Under the pieces are notes generated by a model. It was given only the letters and a program-made list of their open reading frames with translations, did no database searches and was not told where the DNA came from. Source: Actinomycetota bacterium (lineage in GTDB: Bacteria; Actinomycetota; Acidimicrobiia; Acidimicrobiales; Ilumatobacteraceae). From it: a DNA stretch of 15,554 bases. The position numbers and the translations under genes were made by a program. This document shows, piece after piece, positions 1 to 8,543 of this stretch. The DNA lies in NCBI GenBank assembly GCA_043747685.1, contig JAYTOR010000124.1, forward strand, positions 1 through 15,554, given 5' to 3'. The number at the start of each line of letters is the position of its first letter. The stretch's first letter is position 1.

Positions 1-31
1 CGCAGTGTGGCGGTGACAAACCGCGGCAGTG

Positions 32-2092
32 CTACAGCGGTTGCTTGGAGATCTCGGCGAGGAACTCGTCGTTCGTGCGGAACGTCTTGAGCCGGTCGAT
101 CAGCAGTTCAAGACCGGGGGCGGCGTTGCCGTCTGCGGCGAGCCCCGACAGCACCCGGCGCAGGCGCCAGACCATCTGCAACTGGCGACGATCGAAGAGC
201 AACTCTTCATGACGGGTGCTCGACGCATCGACGTCGATCGCCGGGTAGACGCGGCGCTCTGCGAGTTTGCGGTCGAGGCGCAACTCCATGTTGCCCGTTC
301 CCTTGAACTCCTCGAAGATCGCGTCGTCCATCCGGCTGTTCGTCTCGACAAGAGCGGTGGCGAGAATGGTCAACGAACCGCCCTCCTCGACGTTGCGGGC
401 AGCACCGAAGAACTTCTTCGGCGGATACAACGCTCCGGCATCGATACCACCCGACATCACCCTGCCGGTCGCCGGAGCCGCCAGGTTGTAGGCACGGGCG
501 AGGCGGGTAATGCCGTCGAGGATGATGACGACGTCCTCCCCGGCCTCGACGAGCCGCTTGGCCTTCTCGATCGCCAGTTCGGCGACGTGCGTGTGTTCTT
601 CGCTCGGACGGTCGAAGGTACTGGAGATGACCTCACCCTTGACGGTGCGGCGCATGTCGGTGACTTCTTCCGGACGCTCGTCGATCAGCAGGACGATCAG
701 CTTGACTTCCGGGTTGTTGCGTTCGATCGCCGTGGCGATCGTCTTCATGATCGTCGTCTTGCCGGCCTTCGGAGGCGAGACGATGATGCCGCGCTGGCCC
801 TTGCCGATGGGGCTGATGAGGTCGATGATGCGCGCCGTCATGTCGGAAGGATCGTTCGGGTTCGACAGCAGCAGCCGCTTGTCTGGGAACAGCGGCGTGA
901 GGTCTTCGAAGCGGCGGCGGTTGCGCGCCTGTTCGGGATCCTGGCCGTTGACGGTATGGATCTCCAGCAGGGCGGCGTTCTTCTCGTTACGTCCGGCCGC
1001 ACGCATCGTGCCGGTGACGAAGTCACCCTTGCGCAGGCCGTACTGGCGGGTCTGCTTGACGTTGACGTAGGCGTCGTCCTTGGTGGCCAGGTAGCCGTTG
1101 ACGCGCAGAAAGCCGTAGCCCTCGTCGCGGAGATCGAGATAGCCGCTGACCTCGATCGGCTCGGACGCGGCGGTGTCGGTGCGATCGGCACCCTGACGGT
1201 CGTAGCGGTCCTGACGTTCCGGCCGATCTGCTCGATCGGGTCGGTCTGGTCTGTCTGATCGGTCACGAGGCTCCGGCCGGTCCTGACGCTCGGCACGCTC
1301 TGGCCGATCAGCACGCTGTTCCTGGCGGTCGACGACGACGCGATCCTGGCGATCAGCGGGTTGTGGCGACTGCTCGACTTCTCCGTCACGGTTACGTCCG
1401 CGGCGACGGCGACGACGGCGACGGGTTTCGCCTTCACCCTCCCCGCTCTGGGCATCTCCACCGTCTGCGACATCGGCATCGCCGGGCGAGTCCGACGTAG
1501 CGAGCTCTCCGTTCTTCACGGCGATGGCCGGACCCTCGTCGCCGAGCAACTCGATTTCCCACTCTGCAAGCGGTTCGCCGTCAGGGCCGAGGATGATGGC
1601 AGGCTGCTCTGGTCGCTGTGGGGCCGGCGGGGTCGACCGCACCGCCCCTCTTGGAGCGCTACTGACGATCGGGGACGATGGAGGAGCAGCGGATTCCGTC
1701 GCTTTGGTGCCAGCAGACACGGTCTTGACCTGCGGTTCAGGCCGAGACGCTGACACGACCGAGGCATCGGACGCGTTGACGTCGAAAAGGCGTGTCTCAC
1801 CATTGACGTGTGGTTCTGCGTGCTCCGGCGTTGCAGCCGCCTCGCCGACGGCGTCGGCGAGGATCGCCGCAGCGATTGCCTGTGAAGCCGTGGGGGTGCC
1901 GTTCGACCGCACGGGGCCGGAAAGTGCAGACGAGCCGGGACCGGTGACACCGGTGGACTCGAGGATCTTGACGATGAGGTCGGCCTTCTTTGCCCGAGAG
2001 GTCGACTTGACCCCGAGCGCCTGCGCAATGGCGACCAACTGCTCCCGATCCTTGTTCTCAAGAACCGAGCGTTCCAGCATGTCCGCGCTCAC
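32..2092 (-). CDS. rho: Transcription termination factor Rho, actinobacterial long form with a ~260-aa hydrophilic insertion between the N-terminal helix bundle and the cold-shock-like RNA-binding domain
   Basis: 686-aa ORF with a GTG start. Rho_N-like N-terminus ('[11 protein letters not shown]'). Cold-shock/OB RNA-binding segment ('[27 protein letters not shown]'). RecA-type ATPase with P-loop '[16 protein letters not shown]', Walker B '[11 protein letters not shown]' and a C-terminal 'MVWRLRRVL' region, all hallmark Rho motifs. Residues ~223-306 are an Arg/Asp/Glu/Pro-rich low-complexity insert typical of Micrococcus/Mycobacterium Rho. Confidence 0.93.
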   Translation of the reverse strand: MSADMLERSVLENKDREQLVAIAQALGVKSTSRAKKADLIVKILESTGVTGPGSSALSGPVRSNGTPTASQAIAAAILADAVGEAAATPEHAEPHVNGETRLFDVNASDASVVSASRPEPQVKTVSAGTKATESAAPPSSPIVSSAPRGAVRSTPPAPQRPEQPAIILGPDGEPLAEWEIELLGDEGPAIAVKNGELATSDSPGDADVADGGDAQSGEGEGETRRRRRRRRGRNRDGEVEQSPQPADRQDRVVVDRQEQRADRPERAERQDRPEPRDRSDRPDRPDRADRPERQDRYDRQGADRTDTAASEPIEVSGYLDLRDEGYGFLRVNGYLATKDDAYVNVKQTRQYGLRKGDFVTGTMRAAGRNEKNAALLEIHTVNGQDPEQARNRRRFEDLTPLFPDKRLLLSNPNDPSDMTARIIDLISPIGKGQRGIIVSPPKAGKTTIMKTIATAIERNNPEVKLIVLLIDERPEEVTDMRRTVKGEVISSTFDRPSEEHTHVAELAIEKAKRLVEAGEDVVIILDGITRLARAYNLAAPATGRVMSGGIDAGALYPPKKFFGAARNVEEGGSLTILATALVETNSRMDDAIFEEFKGTGNMELRLDRKLAERRVYPAIDVDASSTRHEELLFDRRQLQMVWRLRRVLSGLAADGNAAPGLELLIDRLKTFRTNDEFLAEISKQPL
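1175..1426 (-). repeat. Low-complexity coding repeat inside rho encoding the Arg/Asp-rich insertion ([13 protein letters not shown]...[39 protein letters not shown])
   Basis: Translation of rho aa ~223-306 shows an 8xArg run followed by degenerate tandem 'DR(P/S/A)(E/D)R' units. The DNA shows reiterated 'cggtc/ggtct/gatcg' short repeats at ~1190-1320. Coordinates were mapped from aa positions. Confidence 0.7.
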
Positions 2093-2295
2093 ATGTACCT
2101 GCTTTCACCGGCAACAATCCGGTTGAGAGAGTGTGTGTCTGCCATCGGGAGGCGCTTCGATACCGAACACGACAACTTCGGCACCGCCAGCGAGCCCCAC
2201 GCCAGCTTGGGAATACATGACGGAGCAACGATTGCCCGTTCGTCGTCCCGGTTGTTCGAACGAGGACGAGATCGAGGTTGGTGACCACCGCAATG

Positions 2296-2314
2296 GTTCG
2301 GACAGAATCCGAAC
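2296..2314 (-). terminator. Candidate stem-loop (gttcgga-cagaa-tccgaac) downstream of thrC within the rho leader. It has an alternative overlapping pairing with 'ccggaacc' at ~2317-2324 and no U-tract.
   Basis: A 7-bp inverted repeat with a 5-nt loop was read directly from the sequence. It lies 40-60 nt downstream of the thrC stop. Function (thrC terminator versus rho leader structure) is inferred only. Confidence 0.2.
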
Positions 2315-2356
2315 GTCCGGAACCCTAGCAATTCGACAATCGTCTTGCAACTGCAC

Positions 2357-3751
2357 CTATCGACGAACTGCCACCCTGCTGACACTGGCGACGAAGGCCT
2401 GGACTGCACCGAGATCGTTGGCCAGTAGCGACGTACGCTCGTGACGTTCGAACAGGTCTGCGAGATGCGGGGGCAGCGGAGGACGGATGCCAGTCGCCCG
2501 TTGCACCGCATCGGGGAACTTGGCGGGATGCGCCGTCGCCAAGGTGACGATCGGCACACCAGGATCGCCTTTCGAACGGGCAGCAGCGATACCGACCGCG
2601 GTATGCGGCTCGGTGAGCATTCCGGTCCGGCGGTAGACGTCGGCGATCGTCGCCAGCGTCTGGGAATCGTCGAAGCGCGCCGCCTTGAAGACGGGCGCGA
2701 TCCACTCGTCGAACAGATCGTTTTCGACGTCGAGGCGGCCGACCGCTCGGAAACGGTTCAACTGTTCCGCCGTCATGCCACCGTCGCGCCCGTTCATCTC
2801 GAACAGCAGGCGTTCGAAGTTCGAGGACACGGCGATGTCCATCGACGGCGACAACGTCGGCGTGACTCCGTCGTTGACCATCGCCCTGGTTTCGACGAAG
2901 CGCGTGAGAATGTCGTTCGTGTTCGATCCGATGACGAGCGATTCGATCGGCGCACCGGACCGGCGGGCGATCCACCCGGCGAGGACATTCCCGAAGTTCC
3001 CGGTCGGGACACTGAACGAGACCGGCTGATTGCCGAGCGAGCGCGCGGCCCAGACGTAGTAGACGACTTGAGCGACGATGCGCGCCCAGTTGATCGAGTT
3101 GACCGCCGACAGTTGGTACTGCAGCCGAAATGCCTGATCGGCGAACATCGCCTTGACGAGATCCTGGCAGTCGTCGAACGTGCCGTCGACGGCGATCGCA
3201 TGAACGTTGGGGGAATCGACGGTCGTCATCTGCCGGCGCTGGACGTCGCTGGTACGGCCATTCGGGTAGAGGATGACGATGTCGACATTGTCGCAGTGCT
3301 TCACTGCGTCGATCGCCGCAGAACCGGTGTCGCCGGACGTCGCACCGACGATCGTGACCCGCTGGCCACGTTCGGCGAGCACGTAGTCGAACAGTCTGCC
3401 GACGAGTTGCAGGGCGACGTCCTTGAACGCAAGCGTCGGCCCGTGGAACAGTTCGAGCACCCATTCGTTCGGGCCGATCTGCACGAGCGGAGTGACGGCA
3501 GGATGGCCGAAGGTGGCGTAGGCCTCGCGGCACATCATCTCGAACGCTTCCTTCGGCACGTCATCGCCGACATACGGCAGCATCACGGCGGCGGCCACGG
3601 CCGCATAGTCGTCGGCAGGACCGAACGTCGCCAACTGCGGCCACGACGTCGGGACGTAGAGCCCACCATCGTCTGCGAGGCCGGTGAGCAATACATCGGC
3701 GAAGCCGAGTTCAGGTGCCAGGCCACGGGTCGAGACATAACGCATGCTCAC
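2357..3751 (-). CDS. thrC: Threonine synthase (long, actinobacterial/plant-type ThrC)
   Basis: 464 aa. N-terminus 'MRYVSTRG'. PLP-lysine motif 'GPTLAFKDVALQ'. Gly-rich PLP phosphate loop 'VPTGNFGNVLAG'. The GTG start overlaps the hom stop (GTGA). Position after hom matches the conserved lysA-hom-thrC order. Confidence 0.9.
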   Translation of the reverse strand: MSMRYVSTRGLAPELGFADVLLTGLADDGGLYVPTSWPQLATFGPADDYAAVAAAVMLPYVGDDVPKEAFEMMCREAYATFGHPAVTPLVQIGPNEWVLELFHGPTLAFKDVALQLVGRLFDYVLAERGQRVTIVGATSGDTGSAAIDAVKHCDNVDIVILYPNGRTSDVQRRQMTTVDSPNVHAIAVDGTFDDCQDLVKAMFADQAFRLQYQLSAVNSINWARIVAQVVYYVWAARSLGNQPVSFSVPTGNFGNVLAGWIARRSGAPIESLVIGSNTNDILTRFVETRAMVNDGVTPTLSPSMDIAVSSNFERLLFEMNGRDGGMTAEQLNRFRAVGRLDVENDLFDEWIAPVFKAARFDDSQTLATIADVYRRTGMLTEPHTAVGIAAARSKGDPGVPIVTLATAHPAKFPDAVQRATGIRPPLPPHLADLFERHERTSLLANDLGAVQAFVASVSRVAVRR

Positions 3752-5094
3752 GCGCCGATCACCCGAAGTAGGCCGCCGATGCGCTTGACGATGGCCAGAT
3801 CACCGAGGTTGCGGACCGTCGCTTGAACGTCGGCCTCACGGGCGGCATGGGTGATGAACACGAGCCTGGCATCGTCGCCGATGCCTTCCTGCTCCATCGC
3901 CCGGATGCTGACGCCGTTGTCGGAGAAGACGCCCGTGACCGCGTGCAACACGCCGGGACGATCGACGACGTCGAGGCTGAGCAGGTATTCGGCGCTCGTC
4001 TCGTCAATCGGGCGCAGCGGTGTGCGGGTGAAGGTTCCGAGTGACGCATGGGTCCCCGCACGAAGGTTGATGGCGGCGTCGATGACATCACCGAGCACGG
4101 CGCTCGCCGTCGGCATCCCGCCGGCACCACGTCCGTAGAACATTAGCGAGCCGACGGCATCACCTTCGATGAACACTGCGTTGTAGCTGTCGCGGACACT
4201 GGCGAGGGGATGGTGCTTCGGCACCATCGCCGGGTGAACCCGAACGGCGATCTCGCCGCTGCCGGGATCCCGATCGCAGATCGCCAACAGCTTGACGACG
4301 TAGCCGAGGCGGTCGGCGACGGCGATGTCCTCGGCGGTGATGCGGCTTATGCCCTCGTGATACACGTCGCCGGCGACGACTCGTGCCCCGAAGGCGATGC
4401 TGGCGAGAATCGCCGCTTTGGCACCGGCGTCGAATCCTTCGACGTCCGCCGTCGGGTCACGTTCTGCGTACCCCAGGCGTTGCGCCTCGGCGAGGGCGAC
4501 GGAGTAATCCATACCCTCCTCGCTCATCTTCGTGAGGATGAAGTTCGTCGTCCCGTTGACGATCCCGAGCACCCTGCGGATCGGTTCGCCGCGCAGGCTC
4601 TCACGGAGCGGCCTGATCAGCGGGATGCCGCCGGCCACGGCCGCTTCGAACAGCAGATCGACGCCGGCGGTATCGGCGGCGGCGAACAGCTCGGCGCCGA
4701 CGTTGGCAAGGAGTTCCTTGTTGGCGGTCACGACCGGCTTGCCGGACTTCAACGATTCGAGGATCAGCTCGCGGGCGGGTTCGATGCCACCGATCAGCTC
4801 GACGACGAGGTCGACGTCGGGATTGGCGACCACGCCGTGGGCGTCTCGCGTCAGCACGCCGGCAGGCAGCGTGTATTCGCGCTGACGGGACAGGTTGCGG
4901 ACCGCAACGCTGACGACCTGCAGACGCACCCCGGTCCGCTGGGCGATCACGTCAGCCCGCTCGGCGACGAGTCCGGCAAAAGCCGACCCTACGTTTCCAC
5001 AACCGAGCACGCCAATGCGTACCGTTGCTTCTGATGTACCTACCGGATCACTCACAGCGAGCCAGAGTACCGAACCGTTCGGCACCGGCCACAC
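3748..5094 (-). CDS. hom: Homoserine dehydrogenase with C-terminal ACT regulatory domain
   Basis: 448 aa. N-terminal NAD(P)-binding Rossmann motif 'RIGVLGCGNVGSAFAGLV'. Central catalytic domain ('GGIPLIRPLRESL', 'NGTTNFILTKM'). C-terminal ACT-like segment ('LDVVDRPGVLHAVTGVFSDNGVSIRAMEQ'). GTG start at 5094 was verified in the sequence. Stop overlaps the thrC start. Confidence 0.9.
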   Translation of the reverse strand: MWPVPNGSVLWLAVSDPVGTSEATVRIGVLGCGNVGSAFAGLVAERADVIAQRTGVRLQVVSVAVRNLSRQREYTLPAGVLTRDAHGVVANPDVDLVVELIGGIEPARELILESLKSGKPVVTANKELLANVGAELFAAADTAGVDLLFEAAVAGGIPLIRPLRESLRGEPIRRVLGIVNGTTNFILTKMSEEGMDYSVALAEAQRLGYAERDPTADVEGFDAGAKAAILASIAFGARVVAGDVYHEGISRITAEDIAVADRLGYVVKLLAICDRDPGSGEIAVRVHPAMVPKHHPLASVRDSYNAVFIEGDAVGSLMFYGRGAGGMPTASAVLGDVIDAAINLRAGTHASLGTFTRTPLRPIDETSAEYLLSLDVVDRPGVLHAVTGVFSDNGVSIRAMEQEGIGDDARLVFITHAAREADVQATVRNLGDLAIVKRIGGLLRVIGA

Positions 5095-5272
5095 GTATTC
5101 CGACCACGTCTATCCCGTCGCACCGCCCGACAAAGGCTCTTGACAATGGCGACAGAAGTGCCATCAATAGACATAGAGATTCGATGAACGAACCCTCAAG
5201 TACACACAAACAGTCATCCCTGCGGCTTTTCACAGCCGGGAGCCAGTCGGCTGGCGACCTGGCGGCCCGGCG
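5095..5272. promoter_or_regulatory. Divergent intergenic/promoter region between hom (minus) and the nfeD-like gene (plus). Contains a consensus TTGACA at ~5140-5145 (plus strand) with a weak -10-like 'ATCAAT' 17 bp downstream.
   Basis: A 178-bp non-coding spacer that is noticeably more AT-rich than its surroundings ('aatagacatagagattcgatgaacgaaccctcaagtacacacaaacag'). The perfect -35 hexamer was read directly. The -10 assignment is weak. Confidence 0.3.
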
Positions 5273-6157
5273 ATGATGCACCTGCTGAGCGCCTTTCCGA
5301 CCTCCGTCTTCTCGGGTCTACTGATCTTCTGTCTGTCCTGGTGGGTCATCACGCTGGTGTTCTCCGGCCTCGGTGGCCACGGACACGCCGGCCACGCTGG
5401 CCATGCCGGCCACAGCGGTGGGAATGATTTCAGCGGCCACGGTGCCGGCGGGCACGTCTCCGGCGGCGGCCACGGTGCGGTGAGCAGCGGCGGAGCGGCA
5501 GGACACGCAGCACCGGGACATGCCGGATCCGGACACGTCGCAGGTGGCCACGCCGCGCCGACGCATACCGCTCCAGGCGACGGTCACCAAGTCGCCGGCG
5601 AACACGCTGCTCATCACGCCGCAGCCCACGGCGAGCACGGCCGTCACGGCCACTCCGACAACGGCTCGACCCACGGCGCCCACAGCTTCAGCCAGACACT
5701 CGGCTTCGACGTTGTTCCCCTCCCATTGATCCTCACCCTCTTCGCCTTCGGCGGGTGGGCGACATCGATCCTCATGCAGACGATCCTCGGGACATCGGCG
5801 ACGGCGAACGTCGCAGCGGGTACTGCCGTGTTGATCGTCGTGGTCGCCTCCGCCGCCGGGCTCGGTGTCATCAAGGTCGCCGCCAAGCCGCTCGGCTCCG
5901 TCTTCGAGGTCACCCTTGCTGCGGAACGCCTCGAGGGTGTCGGTTCGGTCTGCAAGATCCGCACGATGACCGTCACCGAGACGTTCGGGGACGCCATCGT
6001 CATCACCGGCACGACAAAGGGATCGATCGTCAGGGTGCGTGCCACCGCAGGCCGGTTCGCCCGGGGAGACCTGGCGCTGATGATCGACTATGACGAACCG
6101 GCCAACTCGTTCGTCATCGACGAACTCGACGAGGAACTCCGCCCGGCAGGCGCATAG
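5273..6157 (+). CDS. NfeD/YqiJ-like membrane protein (short NfeD form) with C-terminal OB-fold domain and a ~105-aa His/Gly-rich inter-helix loop
   Basis: 294 aa. N-terminal hydrophobic helix ('VFSGLLIFCLSWWVITLVFSGL'). Two further predicted TM helices ('VVPLPLILTLFAFGGWATSILMQTIL', 'AAGTAVLIVVVASAAGLGVIKVAA'). The C-terminal ~90 aa ('KPLGSVFEVTLAAERLEGVGSVCKIRTMTVTETFGDAIVITGTTKGSIVRVRATAGRFARGDLALMIDYDEP') resembles the NfeD beta-barrel/OB domain. It lies immediately upstream of an SPFH/flotillin gene, as in yqiJ-yqiK and yuaF-floT. Confidence 0.75.
   Translation: MMHLLSAFPTSVFSGLLIFCLSWWVITLVFSGLGGHGHAGHAGHAGHSGGNDFSGHGAGGHVSGGGHGAVSSGGAAGHAAPGHAGSGHVAGGHAAPTHTAPGDGHQVAGEHAAHHAAAHGEHGRHGHSDNGSTHGAHSFSQTLGFDVVPLPLILTLFAFGGWATSILMQTILGTSATANVAAGTAVLIVVVASAAGLGVIKVAAKPLGSVFEVTLAAERLEGVGSVCKIRTMTVTETFGDAIVITGTTKGSIVRVRATAGRFARGDLALMIDYDEPANSFVIDELDEELRPAGA
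5372..5693 (+). repeat. His/Gly/Ala-rich low-complexity coding region (degenerate GHAGH repeats; ~23 His in ~105 residues) within the nfeD-like gene
   Basis: Translation 'GGHGHAGHAGHAGHSGG...GHVSGGGHG...GHAAPGHAGSGHVAGGHAAPTHT...GEHAAHHAAAHGEHGRHGHSDNGSTHGAHS'. The DNA shows reiterated 'ggccac/ggacac-gcc' units. Confidence 0.8.
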
Positions 6158-6291
6158 CCCAGTCATCCAGCACGCATCCTGCCCTCGTACCTGCGTGCTC
6201 ACGCTGCTCGCACAACCACTCCCCTGCTCACGCACACCATTTCCCAATACACACCTGTTCACTGCACCTGTACAAGGTCACAACCGTTCCA

Positions 6292-6298
6292 GAAGGAG
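6292..6298 (+). promoter_or_regulatory. Shine-Dalgarno sequence (GAAGGAG) for the flotillin gene
   Basis: 'agaaggagcgacatctcatcATG'. A strong SD lies ~12 nt upstream of the ATG at 6311. Confidence 0.6.
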
Positions 6299-6310
6299 CG
6301 ACATCTCATC

Positions 6311-8392
6311 ATGAGTTTCCCCGCAGCAATCAGCGCAGCAATCAGCGCACCGGCCGTTGTCGGGCTGGTGATCGTCGCAGGCGCCCTCATCCTCGTGCTC
6401 GTCACGATGTGGATCACGCGGCTCTACAAGAAAGTGCATCAGGGCGAAGCACTGATCATCTCCCGCAAGCAGACGATCGACGTGACCTTCACCGGCGGCG
6501 TCGTCTGGCCGGTCGTCAACCGTGGTGAGTTCATGGACATCGGCGTCAAGGTCATCGAGATCGACAAGGTCGGCAAGGAGGGCCTGATCTGTCGTGACAA
6601 CATCCGTGCCGACATCCGCGTCAGCTTCTATGTCCGGGTCAACCCGACGGCCGAGGACGTCCGCAAGGTCGCCCAGCTCGTCGGCTGCGACAACGCTTCG
6701 AGCCCGGAGAAGCTGGACGAACTGTTCTCAGCCAAGTTCGCCGAGTCGTTGAAGACGGCCGGTAAGCAGATGGATTTCGTGCAGCTCTACGAACAGCGCG
6801 AGCAGTTCCGCACGAACGTCATCGCCGTCATCGGCGAGGACCTCAACGGGTACATGCTCGACGACGTCGCGATCGAATATCTCGAGCAGACGTCGATGGC
6901 AGAACTCGACCCGACGAACGTGTTGGACGCAGAGGGCATCAAGAAGATCACCGATATCACGACACGTGAAAATGTGCAGGCGAACATCTTCCGCCGCGAG
7001 GCAGAGAAGCAGATCAAGGCCAAGGACGTCGAGACACAGCAGGCGATCTTCGAGATGGAACGCCAGGAGAAGGCCGCAGAGTTCAGGGCCCAGCGCGAAA
7101 TGGCGACGACGAAGGCACGTGAGGAATCGTTGACCGCGCAGGTCGAGGCCGAGGAACGGATGAAGGCGGAGGGTGCCCGCCTGAAGACCGACGAGCAGGT
7201 CGGTATCCAGCAGCAGAACACCCAGCGCGAGATCGAAGTCGCCGGAAAGGCCCGTGAGCGCGTGCTCGCCGCCGAAACGGTGAAGATCGACAAAGCCCGC
7301 CAGTTGGAGACCGTCGCCACGCAGATCGAGACACTGTCGGCCAGTAAGGATCTAGAACAGGAGAAGGCTCGCGTCGCCGAACTCGCCAAGGCGCGTATCG
7401 CTGTCGAGAAGACGGTCGCAGAGCAGGAAGAAGCGATCAAGACGCTGCGCCAGGTCGAGGGTGCCAATCGTGACAAGCAGTCGATGGTCATTGCCGCAGG
7501 CGGCCAGGCAGAAGCGATCCTCATCAAGACGATCAAGGAGGCAGAGGCCAGGGCGCAGGCCGCGGAGTCACTCGGCAAGGAGCGCATCACCCTGGCGCAG
7601 GCGACGCAGGGCGCAGCCGAACTCGAAGCGACGGCCAAGATCCGACTCGCCGACGGCATCCGTGCCGAAGCCGCAGCGGAGGGCCTCGCGGCGGTCGAAG
7701 TGCAGAAGGCCAACGCCGGTGCGATCGAACAGACAGGCCTCGCCAACGTCCGCGTCACCCAGGCGCAGGCCGACGCCGACCTCAAGAAGGGCCAGGCTGC
7801 CGCCGAGGTTGCACGCCTGACCGGCGAGGCCGACGGAGCCGCCATCGAGGCTCGCCTCAAGGGCGAAGCCGCCGGTATCACCGACAAGGCTGCGGCAATG
7901 AAGGAACTCGAAGGCGTCGGCAAGGAATACGACCTCGCGGTGCGCAACATCGACGCCGACGTCGCCGTCCGCACTGCCTCGATCAATGCCAACAAGGAAG
8001 CACAGATCGCCCAGGCGACAGCGATGGGGAACGCCCTGCAGACCGCCGACATCAACATCGTCGGCGGCACCGACATGTTCGTCGACCGCATCATGGGGGC
8101 CGCGGCGATGGGCAAGTCGCTGGAGAGCTTCGCTGACTCCTCGAAGACGACACGTCAGATCGCCAAGCCGTACCTCAACGGCGACAAGGACCTCGTCGAG
8201 ACGCTCGCCGGAGCACTCGGCGGCCTCGGCACCGGCGGCCTCGCCAACCTCTCGCTCGCCCATTTCCTGCGGGTGCTGTCCGATCGTGTCGGCGGCGACG
8301 AGGGTGCCTCGATCGGCGAACTCGTCGGCTCGTTGAAGGAACGCGGCCTCGAAGGCGTCACCCTCGGCGCACTCGCCACGCCGGACAAATAA
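6311..8392 (+). CDS. Flotillin-family SPFH (band-7) protein, YqiK/FloT-like, with an extended Ala/Glu/Gln-rich coiled-coil region
   Basis: 693 aa. N-terminal membrane anchor ('AVVGLVIVAGALILVLVTMWITRLYKK'). SPFH core ('GEALIISRKQTIDVTFTGGVVWPVVNRGEFMDIGVKVIEIDKVGKEGLICRDNIRADIRVSFYVRV'). Long EA-repeat/coiled-coil flotillin domain over ~aa 215-560 ('REAEKQIKAKDVETQQAIFEMERQEKAAEFRAQREMATTKAREESLTAQVEAEERMKAEGARLK...'). Conserved operon partner of NfeD. Confidence 0.85.
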   Translation: MSFPAAISAAISAPAVVGLVIVAGALILVLVTMWITRLYKKVHQGEALIISRKQTIDVTFTGGVVWPVVNRGEFMDIGVKVIEIDKVGKEGLICRDNIRADIRVSFYVRVNPTAEDVRKVAQLVGCDNASSPEKLDELFSAKFAESLKTAGKQMDFVQLYEQREQFRTNVIAVIGEDLNGYMLDDVAIEYLEQTSMAELDPTNVLDAEGIKKITDITTRENVQANIFRREAEKQIKAKDVETQQAIFEMERQEKAAEFRAQREMATTKAREESLTAQVEAEERMKAEGARLKTDEQVGIQQQNTQREIEVAGKARERVLAAETVKIDKARQLETVATQIETLSASKDLEQEKARVAELAKARIAVEKTVAEQEEAIKTLRQVEGANRDKQSMVIAAGGQAEAILIKTIKEAEARAQAAESLGKERITLAQATQGAAELEATAKIRLADGIRAEAAAEGLAAVEVQKANAGAIEQTGLANVRVTQAQADADLKKGQAAAEVARLTGEADGAAIEARLKGEAAGITDKAAAMKELEGVGKEYDLAVRNIDADVAVRTASINANKEAQIAQATAMGNALQTADINIVGGTDMFVDRIMGAAAMGKSLESFADSSKTTRQIAKPYLNGDKDLVETLAGALGGLGTGGLANLSLAHFLRVLSDRVGGDEGASIGELVGSLKERGLEGVTLGALATPDK

Positions 8393-8543
8393 AGCTCCCG
8401 CGGCTCGACCGAACGTCGCCCCCGATCGATGCGTGACGTCGTGCATACCGAGCCGATCCGACGATGTGTGGAACGGCGAGACGTCCGGGTACGAACGGCG
8501 CCCGGATACCCGATGACGTTTGAATTGAAAGATGTGAGTTGCC

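Noticed and set aside
29-1258. 409-aa plus-strand ORF antisense to rho
   Set aside because: It lies entirely opposite a gene with unmistakable Rho motifs. The translation is Arg/Asp/Gly-rich junk with no recognisable domain. It is a typical high-GC shadow ORF.
2441-3826. 461-aa plus-strand ORF antisense to thrC and the hom 3' end
   Set aside because: Shadow of thrC. The Arg/Asp/Glu-rich translation has no motifs, and the opposite strand encodes a clear PLP enzyme.
4210-5034. 274-aa plus-strand ORF antisense to hom (and the nested 2325-3533 minus alternative-frame ORF over thrC)
   Set aside because: These lie in alternative or antisense frames of strongly supported genes. They have low-complexity composition and no start context.
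5318-6262. 314-aa minus-strand ORF antisense to the nfeD-like gene
   Set aside because: Antisense shadow of the His/Gly-rich repeat region. Its Cys/Arg/Asp-rich translation is not credible.
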